Shown here in pieces: positions 1 through 12,100 of a stretch of 64,000 nt of DNA. The notes under the pieces were generated by a model. The model saw only the letters and a list, made by a program, of their open reading frames with translations, made no database searches and was not told where the DNA came from. A program made the translations under genes and the position numbers. Each line of letters opens with the position of its first letter. Position 1 is the stretch's first letter. This DNA comes from a virus: the IMG/VR virus record IMGVR_UViG_3300023109_002988, positions 34,533 through 98,532 of that record. The stretch is one strand, 5' to 3'.

Positions 1-10
1 ATCAAGACAG

Positions 11-3000
11 ATGGAAGTTGTATTTGGAAAAGGGTTGAGTGGAATTTTAGATGGAGCATTTGATAATTACAATTTTGTAAGTGAATTAAACTTACCTTTA
101 TCGCTTACTGGTATCGGGGTAAGCGCTTTTGAGAATTGCAACGGTCTTTATGGTAATTTAATCATACCAAATAATGTCTCTGGAATAGGTGAGGACGCAT
201 TTAGATCATGCAGTAATCTTTCTGGCAATTTAATTTTGCCTAGTAGAATAGAGAATATTGGTGATGGAGCTTTTGTAGATTGTGTTAAATTAGATGGATA
301 TATAAGAATATCAGACCTAACAGCCTCTTCTATCTCATCTTACCCTAATGTTTTTGGAGGCACTAACTTCAAAGAGTTAAGGGCAACTTCATCAGATTTA
401 ATAATAGAAAATACAGAATTTGATTCTTTCAATGCTTTTGTAGGCGCGTTGCTTTTGGAGCCATCTGTATTAGATGTAGGGCCATATGCATTTGTAGATA
501 ACTTCTCGTTTGCTGATACGTTAACAATAAGCGAGAATTCAGAAAGAATTGATGACTATGCATTTTCTGGTAATAGTTTTATTGGAGATCTTGATATAAA
601 TTCTGAATTCATAGGGTATGCTTCATTCGCAGATTGTAGTAGTTTCGACGGTAGGTTTACAATCAATACTGCGACACTAAATGAAGTAGGTGATTACGCT
701 TTTTATAACTGCTCTAATCTTAGTGGCGATTTAATAGTGGGTGAGGTTTTGAGTGGAATTGGAGAATATTCATTTTCAAACATGAGCAGTTTGGATGGAG
801 AGTTTGCTCTTTGTCAATTGCCTGAAGATTTTGATGGTCAGCTCTCCAAATACGAACCAACAATAGGTGAATCAGGGGTTCTTACATTTGAATTCGAAGA
901 GTATGTAGAGACATCATTGAAGTATTTTGGTGACTATGCATTTGCAAACAATTCGAACCTATCTGGGAACTTAGTAATACCAGATACAACTACATCTTGG
1001 GGAGAATATGCATTTTTAAACATGTCTTCCTTGGATGGATTCTTGATATTAGGAAGTGGAGTTAATAGTATACCAGAGGGAATATTTAAGAATTGCTCTG
1101 GTTTAAATTGTTATGATGGTTTATTTAAGATACCAGAAAATGTTTCATTTATAGGTGCTGAAGCTTTTTATAACTGTTCTTCTTTGGACTGCGTATTAAG
1201 GTTGAAGCCTGGGGTAACTACTTTAACGGACGCTTTCTTTGGAACTAACTTTGATAAGTTGTTAGTGCCATCAGGAACAGTTGCTATTTTGGATGGTGAT
1301 TATGACGCACTTCAAAACCTCGATATAAAATTGGGATTTGAGTCTCCAGATTCAGCATTTAGAACATTGGGAGATCTTGCTTTTGATAATTATCAGCTAA
1401 CAGGAACATTGGTTTTACCAGAGTCTACGGATTACATAGGGTCTTCTGGGTTTTTAAATTGCGACTTGCTAAGTGGATCATTTTCCGTTCCTTCTTCTGT
1501 AAAAGTTATAGGTAATAGTGCGTTTAGAAACTGTTCTGGTTTTGATGGAGAATTCTCGTTAGTTAATTTACCAAGTTCATATAATGGAGAAAGTGATTTA
1601 GATGTGGCTTTATCAGGCATAGGAGAATACGCTTTTGCAAATTGTCAAAATTGGACAGGGAACATAGTGATTCCAGATGGTGTTAATTACGGAAAGTACA
1701 GTTTCCTTAATAACAAATCTCTTGACGGGTTTTTGATTCTTAATCAAACTTTAGAAGTTATACCAGAAGGAGCCTTTAAGAACTGCGAACAAATAACTCG
1801 TTTTGAGGGTGAAACCTTCACGATACCAAGAGTTGTAACAACAATAGAAGATGAAGCTTTTTACAATTGCCAAAACTTGCTTGATAGCGATATTAAGATA
1901 GGAGCGGGACTAACAATAGGGGCAAACGCTTTCTTTGGTGAGGATTTTAACGATTTGATTGTCCCTAATTATGAGGAAGTAATAATAGACGGAGACTACG
2001 AATATTTTAAAACTTTATCTATTGGACTAAAGTTCGAAAGTGTTTCTAGTGTTTCTGGTATAGGGGATAGAACGTTTTTAGATTATAGATTGACAGGGTC
2101 TTTGAGTTTACCGCAATCATTGATAAGTATTGGATCTTCTGGATTTAAAAATTGCGACTTGCTAAGTGGATCATTTTCCGTTCCTTCTTCTGTGGAGGTT
2201 ATAGGCGACAGCGCCTTTAGAAACTGTTCTGGTTTTGATGGAGAATTCTCATTAGTTGATTTACCGTTACCTTATAATGGACAAAGTGATTTAGATGTGG
2301 CTTTGTCAGGAATAGGAGAATACGCTTTTGCGAATTGTGAAAATTGGACAGGAAATTTGGTAATTCCAGATGGAGCTACTTACGGAAAGTACAGTTTCCT
2401 TAATAACAAATCTCTTGACGGGTTTTTGATTCTTAATCAAACTTCAGAAGTTATACCAGAAGGAACCTTTAAGAACTGCGAACAAATAACTCGTTTTGAG
2501 GGTGAAACCTTCACGATACCAAGATCTGTAACAACAATAGGAGATGACGCTTTTTACAATTGCCAAAACTTGCTTGATAGCGATATTAAGATAGGAGCGG
2601 GACTAACAATAGGGGCAAACGCTTTCTTTGGTGAGGATTTCGATGATTTGATTATTCCTAATTACGAGGAAGTAATAATAGATGGAGACTACGAATATTT
2701 TAAAACTTTATCTATTGGACTAAAGTTCGAAAGTGTTTCTAGTGTTTCTGGAATAGGAGATAAGGCGTTTTTAGATTATAGATTCACAGGGTCTTTGAGT
2801 TTACCGCAATCATTGAAAAGTGTTGGATCTTCTGGATTTAAAAATTGCGATCTGTTTAGCGGTGATTTGTTTTTACTTCGAACTGAAATAATAAAAGATA
2901 ATGCTTTTGAGAATTGTTCTGGGTTTGATGGAGATTTATTTATTGGTTCGCCAACGGAAAGCATAGGAGTTAATGCTTTCACGAACTGTAGTAGTTTTAA

Positions 3001-6000
3001 AGGATCAATTGATCTACCAAACTCATGCACAACATTAGGAGAAGAAGCTTTTCTTAACTGCTCTGGATTTGATAGTGTTATAGATGTAGGTAATGGTATA
3101 GAATATTTAGAAGACAGGACTTTTAAAAATTGTCAATCTGCTTCTGGTCATTTATATTTATCGGAAAATGTTACTGGAATAGGTAATTCTGTCTTTGAGA
3201 ATTGTTTTAAGTTAAATAGAAATGGAAACCTGCTTGAAATACCACGTTCTGTAGATTACATAGGAGATAAAGCGTTCTTTAACTGTAATGATCTTCTTGT
3301 AGGAGAGCTTAGGATAAAAGGGTCTCTCGACATAGGAGTGGATGCTTTTGAGCCATTTAACTTTGGGATACTAGGCGTTCCAGATTATCAGACTTACATC
3401 AACTCGGGAGATTATTCTTATTTTAAAGATAAGACTTTTCAGCTTAGTTTTGAAAACTATAATAGTTCATACCTCGGAACAGAACATATAAGCGGAAAGG
3501 CTTTTTCTGGTTATAATCTAACTGGAACTTTAAACTTGCCAAGAAAGCTCCGAGAGATTGGCGATCACGCTTTTGTTAATTCTACTGGTTTGTCAGGTGA
3601 TCTTACTTTTTTAAGTCAATTAAGAATAATAGGAGATGGAGCTTTCCAAAATTGTTCTGGATTTGATGGAAAATTATTTATTGGTTCATCAATAGACAGC
3701 ATAGGAGTTAATGCTTTTACTAACTGTAGTAGTTTCACAGGGTCAATTGATATACCTAATTCATGCACAACATTAGGAGAAGAAGCTTTTCTTAACTGCT
3801 CTGGATTTGATGGGAATATAGATATAGGCAACGGCCTTAAATATTTAGAAGACAGGACTTTTAAAAATTGTCAATCTGCTTCTGGAGTCTTGGATCTTCC
3901 ACTTAATATCTCTGGTATAGGAAATTCTGTATTCGAGAAATGTTACAAATTAAAAAGCAAAATTACAGACATCTTAGAAATACCACGTTATGTAGATTAT
4001 ATAGGAGACGAAGCCTTTTATCAATGCTTTAGTCTTCTTCAAGGAACACTGAGGATAAGAGGTGGTGTTGACATAGGGATAAATTCTTTTGAGCCATTTG
4101 GTTTTGAAAATTTGAGCGTTCCTGATTATCAGGTTTCTATAGATTCTGGAGATTACTTATATTTTAAAGATAAAGCTTTTCAGCTTACTTTTGAAAATAG
4201 TAATTCTTTAGCATGCAAAACAAGAGACATATATGAAAAAGCTTTTTCTGGATATAACTTATTTGGAACATTAAATTTACCTATAGGACTTAAGGAGGTT
4301 GGTGATTATGCCTTTATTAATTCTACTGGTTTGACAGGTGATCTTTATCTTAATAAATATTTAGAAACAGTGGGGGAAAGAGCTTTTGAAAACTGTTCTG
4401 GCTTTGATGGAGAATTCTCCTTAGCTCCTCTACCATATTGGTTTGAAGGAAGTCCAAATTTTGGTAATACTGTCCAGTTAGAAACCATAGGCGACTACGC
4501 TTTTGCTAACTGCGAGAACTGGTCTGGTAATTTAGTTATTCCAAATGGAGTATCTTATGGTGAATATTGTTTCTTGAATAATAGCTCCCTGAATGGTTTC
4601 TTGATATTAAATGAAACACTTAATAGGATACCAGAAGGAGCATTCAAAGACTGTTCTAAACTCACATGCTATAATGGAGTATTTAAAATACCAGAAGTTG
4701 TAAGTTTAATCGAAAGATACGCTTTCCAAAATTGTTCTGGTCTTGATTGTGACCTTCAAATAGGACCAGACGCCAGCATAGGAACACAAGCATTTGAAGG
4801 TACTGATTTCAAGGGCTTAGTTATACCTTCTTTTCTACAGGAGGTTCAATATCAAGATTATGATTATTTCAAACAAGATATAATAACTCTTAAATTTGAA
4901 AATTATAATTCACTATCTAATACTAGAAATATCGGAAGTGGAGCATTTGCTGATTATAATTTTAGTGGCGAATTAAATCTACCTATTTCATTAACAGGTA
5001 TAGGTGATAATGCTTTTAATCAAAACGATTTACTTGAGGGTCCATTGAGTATACCATCTAACGTAAGGGAAATAGGATCTGGAGCTTTTGAAAATTGTAG
5101 TGGTTTTTATGGTGATTTCTCATTCCCTAAAACTGTAATAAGCATAGGGGCAAAAGCTTTTAAGAATTGCGAAAATTTAGTTGGTACGCCTGAATTTTTT
5201 ATAACTACTGAAACTATAGGAGATGAAGCATTTGCTAATTGCCTTAGTTTAAATGGAACAATGGAACTACCACCAAATATTACAAGTATTGGTAGTGGAG
5301 CTTTTCTTAATGCTATAGGCATAGATGGGGTTACAATAATTTCATTGCCAAGCGACGTATTTAAGGGTGAGAATGCTTTTTCTGGAGTTGGGGGTGTTCT
5401 AGAATTGTCTCCGTTAGTATATCAGGATTACTTGCAAAATAGTGATTTGATAAATGGGGACTATTATTTCCAGGGAATAAAGATAACTGGACAGATAACT
5501 GACGACACTGTGTTTTACATAAGTGTCGATTCGAACGAAAATAATAAGTACCAAGATCCTTTTGATGGTACATTGACATCACAAAACTTTCAATCTTACG
5601 CTATTCCAAACAACTGGAAAGAAGGGATACCAAATGACCCAAAATATGGTGGACTAGATTCACGAAATCAAAATTGTTGGTTAGAAATAGGTGGTTTATG
5701 CGACAGTGTTACAACAGGAGCATTTAAAAATAGAAAATTCTTAAGAGGCGATGTCTTTTTCCCAAGTTCTGTAGACAGTATTGATGATGAGGCTTTCTTA
5801 AACTGCGAAAGGTTAGAAGGATTAACATTTGCTTCTTACGGATTGAGAGATATTGAAAATGATGCTTTTTATAATTGTAAACAAGTCACTAGCGATATAA
5901 ATCTGCCAGAAACAATAGAAAATATAAAACCAGATGCTTTTAAGTATATGTATAGAGCTGGAAACCTAATCTTGAATGGAACTTCATTAACTGGAATTAG

Positions 6001-9000
6001 CGGTGGAACTTTTCATAGTTTCGGAGATGCAGCTTTAAATAAAACATTTAAACTAAATGAGGGTCTGTTAAATATCGAAGCCCTTGGTTTTTATCAGGCT
6101 GGAGGGATAGGTGCTTCTTTAGAATTGCCAAGTACATTAGAGACCATTGGTTACCAAGCTTTTTACTCTTTCGGTGGGGCTACTAATACCCTTAATGCCC
6201 GTGGTGAATTAAAAGGTATTAATCAATCTTCATCTTTGTCGAATATAGAAAATAGAGCATTTGAAGAATCAAACGTTACTGGTCATATAGTATTTCCAAC
6301 GTCATTGCCACATATAAAATATAGGGCTTTTTACGGCTCGAAGATAACTAGCGTATCTGGATTTGATCATATGGATTATATAGGTGAAAGCGCATTCGCT
6401 AGAGATACTAGAAACGCAACAAATCTTAGAATGGATAATTTAGTTATACCAGAAAAACCTTATTTGTCTAGGAGATGCTTTTCTAGCCATCAATATGTAA
6501 AATATATTACTCTTGAAGGACAAAGAGACGATTCAGATATAGACTGGCGAGGCCAACAATTCCATGGATACAACAATGGTTACCTGTTCAGTGATCTGAC
6601 AGGTTTTAACGCAAGTGGAACTAATTATTTTGCACATAGTATGTTCGGTTCTAACCACAACGTTATGATTGAAGATAATTTCTCACCGAATTTGAGCGGT
6701 ATTGACCAGAACGCTTTTTATTTTTGCAGTTATCGTGGTTTTTATAACGGCACTTCTCCATCTAGACCACCTTCAATAATTAATTTGCCTAGCGGTGTTG
6801 TGTCAATTGACAATGGTGCTTTTCAAAATAATAAATGGACTAATCAATTAAATTTTTCAGGAGCTGAATCTGGATTGATTATAGGTGATAATGCTTTTGA
6901 AAATTGTGGAACCGTTTGGCAATATGCCGCGTATAGTACATTTCGGGAATACGGCCCAAGAAATTATAATAATATTTATTGGGGTCACGATGAGATAGAC
7001 ATAACTGGAGAATTTATTATTCCTAGCGGATTAAACTATTTGGGTAAAAGCGCTTTCAGAGGGATAAGAGGTAGAAATTTAGATATTATTTTTAGCGATG
7101 ACTTTACTGGGAGTAGAACCGACCTGCAAATTATAAATGCTTATGATAATAATTATAGAGACAGAAACACGCTAGGGACAAAAGATTATTGTTTTTACGG
7201 TAGTCAGTTGAGAAAATTAAAATTATCTCAATCTATGGAAACTATTGATAATTACATGTTTTCATTTTTTACTATAATGGATCATAACAATTTTGATTCT
7301 CCGTTAGGAGTTAAGGAATTTGGAATAGAGTCTTTCATACGTTTTAATTGTGAGTCAGGGGATGGTAAGTTTACCTTTGAGTTCGGATCTGGATTGAACC
7401 GTTTAGGGAAAAAATCTTTTGCTACCTATGGTTTGCCAGAAGATCCCGTTTTTCAAGGAAAAGTAGTACCAAATCATACTTACTCTGGAGAATATATAGA
7501 GCACAGATGTATAGAGGCGTTTGATTTCTCTAGAGTAAGTGGAGCTGTCGATTTTGAAGAAGCATGTTTTAGCAGAACATGGGCTGAAGGAACTATGACA
7601 TTGCCAGAAGTTAATAGTCTTGGTCAAGGTGTATTTTTCGGAGCAAGTAGACTTGAGTCTGTTGTGTTCCAAAGCTCACCAAACTTAACAACCTTGGCTG
7701 ATTCAACATTTTCAAATTTAGCTAAATTAACTGGAGTAATCTTTAATAATGAACTTACATCGATAGGTAGTAATGTTTTCGAAAGTTGCCCATCTTTAAT
7801 TGACTTTGATATTTCTAATACAGATATAGTAAGTCTAGGTAGCGAAATGTTTAAAGATGCCTTTAATTTAACTAATGTTAATCTATATAATGGAAAGCTT
7901 ACAACATTGGGAAATAGAGTCTTTGAAAATTGTACTAGTATCGACGATCTCTATATACCAAATTCAGTAACAACGGTTGGTAGTAATTTATTTTTAAATG
8001 CAAACATAAATATATTAGACTACGATGTTAATACTAGCGTTTTAGATCCATTCTTGTTTAACGGGGCTACTATAGGCGATTTATCCTTACCCCAAACGAC
8101 CATAGTAGTTAAAGAAGGTGTATTCCAAAATGCAATATTTGGACCAGATCCTTTTGATGGATTGCCTAATGGAGTGGTTACCTTTGAAGATAGTGTGTTT
8201 AAGCAAACACCTTTAAGTGGTATATTTATTCCTTCATCACTTAGCGGTTTAGCGAACACTACATTCAAAGACTCACCCAACCTTACTGGTTTAGACTTTT
8301 CTTCGTGTAGTTCACTTACTGGAATTGGAAATGAAAACTTCATGAATTGTGATTCTATCACAGGTATTGTTTTACCTAATTCTTTACAGATTATTGGGGA
8401 TGGCAACTTTAAGAATCTTGATTTAATAGAAGAAATAGTTTTCCCAACATCTTTAGAATACATCGGAGATGAAAACTTTAAAAATTGTTCTGGCTTGTCT
8501 ATTGTTGATTTGTCTAATACAAATTTAATAGAAATGGGGAACAGAAACTTTATAGAAGATACAAATTTAAAAACTATACTTGATCTTAATTTACCAGATA
8601 GTTTGCAAGTGATTGGTGATGAAAACTTCAAAGAAATTAATCTTAACAGTTTAAAGCTTCCTACTGGATTGAGGGTTCTTGGGGATTCTAATTTTTACGA
8701 TTGCGAATCTTCGGATCAAACGATTTGGGGAGAAGGAGATCCTCCTGTGTTTAGTCTGCCAAGCGGGATTGAAAGTATAGGTAATTCAAATTGGGAGAGA
8801 TCAGACGCAATACAAAGACTTAGGATAGATGAAGGTTTTTCTGGTTCGATAGGAAATTTAAACTGGAATTTATGTAATCAAATAAGTCAGCTTCTTATAA
8901 AAACAACAGATTCTAATTTTTCAATAGGCGATAAAAATTTCACAGACTTAAATTTATTGGGTGTAATTCAAATTGATTGCCCAGCATCTTGTTGGCAAGG

Positions 9001-9139
9001 AACAGGTAATTTCGACAAATCTAAAACAGATATGGTAATTTATGTTAATTCAACTTATGCGGCTGGTTATAATGCAACCTGGAGTGGAGATCAAGCAGTG
9101 CCAAATGGAGCTACAATAATAACTTACGACCCTCAATAA
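11..9139 (+). CDS. Giant BspA/LRR_5-type leucine-rich repeat protein (>=3042 aa, probably 5'-truncated by the window edge); likely virion-associated
   Basis: Dozens of IGxxAFxNCxxLxGxLxIP repeats. The frame is open upstream to the window start (tca aga cag atg). Confidence 0.85.
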   Translation: MEVVFGKGLSGILDGAFDNYNFVSELNLPLSLTGIGVSAFENCNGLYGNLIIPNNVSGIGEDAFRSCSNLSGNLILPSRIENIGDGAFVDCVKLDGYIRISDLTASSISSYPNVFGGTNFKELRATSSDLIIENTEFDSFNAFVGALLLEPSVLDVGPYAFVDNFSFADTLTISENSERIDDYAFSGNSFIGDLDINSEFIGYASFADCSSFDGRFTINTATLNEVGDYAFYNCSNLSGDLIVGEVLSGIGEYSFSNMSSLDGEFALCQLPEDFDGQLSKYEPTIGESGVLTFEFEEYVETSLKYFGDYAFANNSNLSGNLVIPDTTTSWGEYAFLNMSSLDGFLILGSGVNSIPEGIFKNCSGLNCYDGLFKIPENVSFIGAEAFYNCSSLDCVLRLKPGVTTLTDAFFGTNFDKLLVPSGTVAILDGDYDALQNLDIKLGFESPDSAFRTLGDLAFDNYQLTGTLVLPESTDYIGSSGFLNCDLLSGSFSVPSSVKVIGNSAFRNCSGFDGEFSLVNLPSSYNGESDLDVALSGIGEYAFANCQNWTGNIVIPDGVNYGKYSFLNNKSLDGFLILNQTLEVIPEGAFKNCEQITRFEGETFTIPRVVTTIEDEAFYNCQNLLDSDIKIGAGLTIGANAFFGEDFNDLIVPNYEEVIIDGDYEYFKTLSIGLKFESVSSVSGIGDRTFLDYRLTGSLSLPQSLISIGSSGFKNCDLLSGSFSVPSSVEVIGDSAFRNCSGFDGEFSLVDLPLPYNGQSDLDVALSGIGEYAFANCENWTGNLVIPDGATYGKYSFLNNKSLDGFLILNQTSEVIPEGTFKNCEQITRFEGETFTIPRSVTTIGDDAFYNCQNLLDSDIKIGAGLTIGANAFFGEDFDDLIIPNYEEVIIDGDYEYFKTLSIGLKFESVSSVSGIGDKAFLDYRFTGSLSLPQSLKSVGSSGFKNCDLFSGDLFLLRTEIIKDNAFENCSGFDGDLFIGSPTESIGVNAFTNCSSFKGSIDLPNSCTTLGEEAFLNCSGFDSVIDVGNGIEYLEDRTFKNCQSASGHLYLSENVTGIGNSVFENCFKLNRNGNLLEIPRSVDYIGDKAFFNCNDLLVGELRIKGSLDIGVDAFEPFNFGILGVPDYQTYINSGDYSYFKDKTFQLSFENYNSSYLGTEHISGKAFSGYNLTGTLNLPRKLREIGDHAFVNSTGLSGDLTFLSQLRIIGDGAFQNCSGFDGKLFIGSSIDSIGVNAFTNCSSFTGSIDIPNSCTTLGEEAFLNCSGFDGNIDIGNGLKYLEDRTFKNCQSASGVLDLPLNISGIGNSVFEKCYKLKSKITDILEIPRYVDYIGDEAFYQCFSLLQGTLRIRGGVDIGINSFEPFGFENLSVPDYQVSIDSGDYLYFKDKAFQLTFENSNSLACKTRDIYEKAFSGYNLFGTLNLPIGLKEVGDYAFINSTGLTGDLYLNKYLETVGERAFENCSGFDGEFSLAPLPYWFEGSPNFGNTVQLETIGDYAFANCENWSGNLVIPNGVSYGEYCFLNNSSLNGFLILNETLNRIPEGAFKDCSKLTCYNGVFKIPEVVSLIERYAFQNCSGLDCDLQIGPDASIGTQAFEGTDFKGLVIPSFLQEVQYQDYDYFKQDIITLKFENYNSLSNTRNIGSGAFADYNFSGELNLPISLTGIGDNAFNQNDLLEGPLSIPSNVREIGSGAFENCSGFYGDFSFPKTVISIGAKAFKNCENLVGTPEFFITTETIGDEAFANCLSLNGTMELPPNITSIGSGAFLNAIGIDGVTIISLPSDVFKGENAFSGVGGVLELSPLVYQDYLQNSDLINGDYYFQGIKITGQITDDTVFYISVDSNENNKYQDPFDGTLTSQNFQSYAIPNNWKEGIPNDPKYGGLDSRNQNCWLEIGGLCDSVTTGAFKNRKFLRGDVFFPSSVDSIDDEAFLNCERLEGLTFASYGLRDIENDAFYNCKQVTSDINLPETIENIKPDAFKYMYRAGNLILNGTSLTGISGGTFHSFGDAALNKTFKLNEGLLNIEALGFYQAGGIGASLELPSTLETIGYQAFYSFGGATNTLNARGELKGINQSSSLSNIENRAFEESNVTGHIVFPTSLPHIKYRAFYGSKITSVSGFDHMDYIGESAFARDTRNATNLRMDNLVIPEKPYLSRRCFSSHQYVKYITLEGQRDDSDIDWRGQQFHGYNNGYLFSDLTGFNASGTNYFAHSMFGSNHNVMIEDNFSPNLSGIDQNAFYFCSYRGFYNGTSPSRPPSIINLPSGVVSIDNGAFQNNKWTNQLNFSGAESGLIIGDNAFENCGTVWQYAAYSTFREYGPRNYNNIYWGHDEIDITGEFIIPSGLNYLGKSAFRGIRGRNLDIIFSDDFTGSRTDLQIINAYDNNYRDRNTLGTKDYCFYGSQLRKLKLSQSMETIDNYMFSFFTIMDHNNFDSPLGVKEFGIESFIRFNCESGDGKFTFEFGSGLNRLGKKSFATYGLPEDPVFQGKVVPNHTYSGEYIEHRCIEAFDFSRVSGAVDFEEACFSRTWAEGTMTLPEVNSLGQGVFFGASRLESVVFQSSPNLTTLADSTFSNLAKLTGVIFNNELTSIGSNVFESCPSLIDFDISNTDIVSLGSEMFKDAFNLTNVNLYNGKLTTLGNRVFENCTSIDDLYIPNSVTTVGSNLFLNANINILDYDVNTSVLDPFLFNGATIGDLSLPQTTIVVKEGVFQNAIFGPDPFDGLPNGVVTFEDSVFKQTPLSGIFIPSSLSGLANTTFKDSPNLTGLDFSSCSSLTGIGNENFMNCDSITGIVLPNSLQIIGDGNFKNLDLIEEIVFPTSLEYIGDENFKNCSGLSIVDLSNTNLIEMGNRNFIEDTNLKTILDLNLPDSLQVIGDENFKEINLNSLKLPTGLRVLGDSNFYDCESSDQTIWGEGDPPVFSLPSGIESIGNSNWERSDAIQRLRIDEGFSGSIGNLNWNLCNQISQLLIKTTDSNFSIGDKNFTDLNLLGVIQIDCPASCWQGTGNFDKSKTDMVIYVNSTYAAGYNATWSGDQAVPNGATIITYDPQ
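1441..2850 (+). repeat. Near-identical intragenic tandem duplication, 693 bp (231 aa) unit
   Basis: gcgacttgctaagtggatcattttccgttcc at 1461 recurs at 2154, and the unit start recurs at 2847. Long identical stretches lie between. Confidence 0.9.
2912..4390 (+). repeat. Second intragenic tandem duplication, about 738 bp (246 aa) unit, more diverged
   Basis: aattgttctgg-tttgatgga..ttatttattggttc at 2912 and 3650. Both copies share NSCTTLGEEAFLNCSGFD and YLEDRTFKNCQSASG. Confidence 0.85.
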
Positions 9140-9141
9140 CA

Positions 9142-12100
9142 ATGCCAAGAAACAGAACTATATATCAATCTGAATCAGTTTTCGTTAGTAACAACTTAGA
9201 TTCTACTGACGTTTGGGAACACGCTGAAGTAGCAAGAATACAAGAAGCTAGTTATGGTTTTTCCATGAATAAAACAGATGTCAATCAGTATGGAAAAAGC
9301 AGTAGAATAGATCATATAAATTTAGAACTGCCTACTGTTAATTTTGACATGTCTTACTTATTGGGTAATGGTTACAATGAGTCCGTTTTAGGTTTTGATA
9401 TTAAAGAAGGTTATCAATTTGCAAAATATCATTTAGAAAATAATAGTGGCAAAAATTTCTACGTATTAATTTCTGAAGAAGGTCTTGATTCAAAATCTTT
9501 AGAAGTCGGAGATCCTTATACTTTAATAGGTATAGGTAATGCTTTTTTGACAAACTATTCTGTAGATATGTCTGTAGGTTCTTTGGCTAAAGTTAACCTG
9601 CAATACGAATGCTCAAATATAAATTCAATTCACGGTGTTGTAGAAGGTGAAGGCTTTTGGCTTACGCAGCTAAGTGGGGATAGTGCATCTATAAATATAG
9701 ACAAAGGAATACCTTACGATAAGAAAATAAAAATTACTGCACCTAAAGGTGATATAGAAAATATACCTACTGCATTAAGACCTGGCGACATAACAATAAA
9801 TTTTGAAGGTTTTGATTCTGAAAATTTATCGACCATTAGTGGTAATGGTTCTTTCCATTTACAAAGCGCCAACTTATCTATTCCATTGTCTAGATCTGAA
9901 CTAAAAAGATTAGGTTCGAAAGGCTCGTATGCAAGAGTTCTTGATTATCCTATAAAGGCTACTTTAAGTGTAAACTCTATAGTTAGCAATATTGAGGTTG
10001 TAGATCTTGCTGAATCTGTAAGAGGTTGTATAAACAACTCTTTGAATAATGATATATCTATATTGGCTAAGGATTGCAATAAAGAAAATGCTATTATATG
10101 GAGGCTCAAAAATCCTGATTTGTTATCAGAAAATTTCTCTTCTAATATTGGGCCAAACAAATCTGTTGATCTTACTTTTGAGGTTGAAATAGGCAATCCA
10201 GATGATAACTCCATAGGAATACTTTGCAGTGGAGCTTCAGATAGAGATAATGAAGAAAGAGAAGACGACAACGATTACTATCCAACCAGAGTCTACGGCT
10301 ATGATTATACTGGATCCGCTGCTGCTCTCGAGGAGGGAGTCTTTACTGGCGAAAGCAACATACTTTTAGACTGGCAAACTGGTGATGTAATTGAAGAATG
10401 GAAGTATAATCGATTGTTCACCCCATGGCGAGTCCCTAAATGGGGAAATTTAGATTTCATAAAAAGAATTGCTCCTGGAGGGTCTACTGAATATATTGGT
10501 GATGACGCTTTTCGAAACATAAAGGCAACAGGAGAATTGTATTTAACAAAGAATCTTACTGGTATTGGAACGAGCGTTTTTGAAAACACAAATATTGATT
10601 ATCTTGTGGTTGGAGACGGACTTCCAAAACTTCCGAGTAGATCTTTTTATGACTGCGATCAATTAAAAACAGTGAAAACGGCAGATTCTATAACAGAAAT
10701 AGGAGATTCTTGTTTTGCATACAGCAACAAATTAAATGAGTTTTACTTTAGTAAAGGATTAAGCGGAATTGGGGTTGGAGCTTTTCATACTTGTTCTTCT
10801 TTGCTAAAAGCTGATCTTTCTGGGTGTAATTATTTGCAAAGTATAAACGATAATACTTTCAACTCATGTACCTCTTTAGAAGAGGTGAGCTTATCGGATT
10901 CTATATTAACATTAGGAGATGATAGTTTTAAAAGTTGCACTTCATTAACTAATTTTAAATGGAGTTCAGGATTGGAGAGTGTGGGCGATAGATCTTTTAA
11001 TGGATGCACAAGCTTGCTAGATCCTGTTTTTTATGATACTTTAGAAACAATCGGGGACGAAGCTTTTTCAACTTGTTATTCTTTTGATTCTGTTACTATA
11101 CCAGGAACAGTAACATATTTTGGCGAATACGCATTTAAAACATGTGGAGTGAAAAGTTTAGTATTAAACGAAGGCTTATCTGAAATCTCATATCAAGCTT
11201 TTTATAATTGTGCATCTTTAAAAAGTATAAGCTTTCCCGAAACTTTATTATATATAAATCCATATTGTTTTATTTATAACTATAGGTTACAAAACCTTAA
11301 TATACCAGACAATGTTTCTGGAATAGGGAATCACGCATTCTATACTTGTTACTCGGCAGCTACTTCTCAGGAGTGTTTAGACGTTGTAAATTTTGGCAGC
11401 GGACTTAAGTTTATTGGGGAACAAGCTTTTTATGGCAACCAATCACTAAGATCAGCCGATTTGCCAGAAAACATAGAATCAATAGGATATAACGCTTTTT
11501 TCAACTGTGGTTTAAGCGGGTTTGTTAACCTTCCCGATTCTTTGAATTCAATAGGAATCAACGCTTTTGATAGTAATAATTATATTGAAAGCATCAATAT
11601 AGGTGCTGGATTAACAACTCTTTCCAATAACTGTTTTGAAGAATGCACAAGCCTTTCAGGTGTATTTATACCAGATTGGTTCGAAAGTCTTAATGACGGC
11701 GTATTTTTACGTTGCTATGATATAACTACAATAAGCCTGGGTAATGGTATAGAATATATAAATGACTATGCATTTGGTGACTGTAGGTCACTGACAGGTA
11801 TAGATATTCCTTCTCAAATTACTGGTATTGGAAATAGCGCTTTTCAAACTGGGCTAAATATAACTAACGTTGGTTTCGTAGAAGGTTTGGAGTATATTGG
11901 TAACAGTGCTTTTGCAAATTGTTATTCTTTGACTGGAGTTTCATTCCCAAACACTTTGAGTGGCATTGGTTCAAGTTCGTTTTCTGCTTGTTCTGATTTA
12001 AGTGGTCAAATAATTTATACTCCGAACCTACAATCCGTGGGTGCTAGCGCTTTTCTTGGCACAGATATATATGATGTAGTATTTAATAATCATCCATCCT

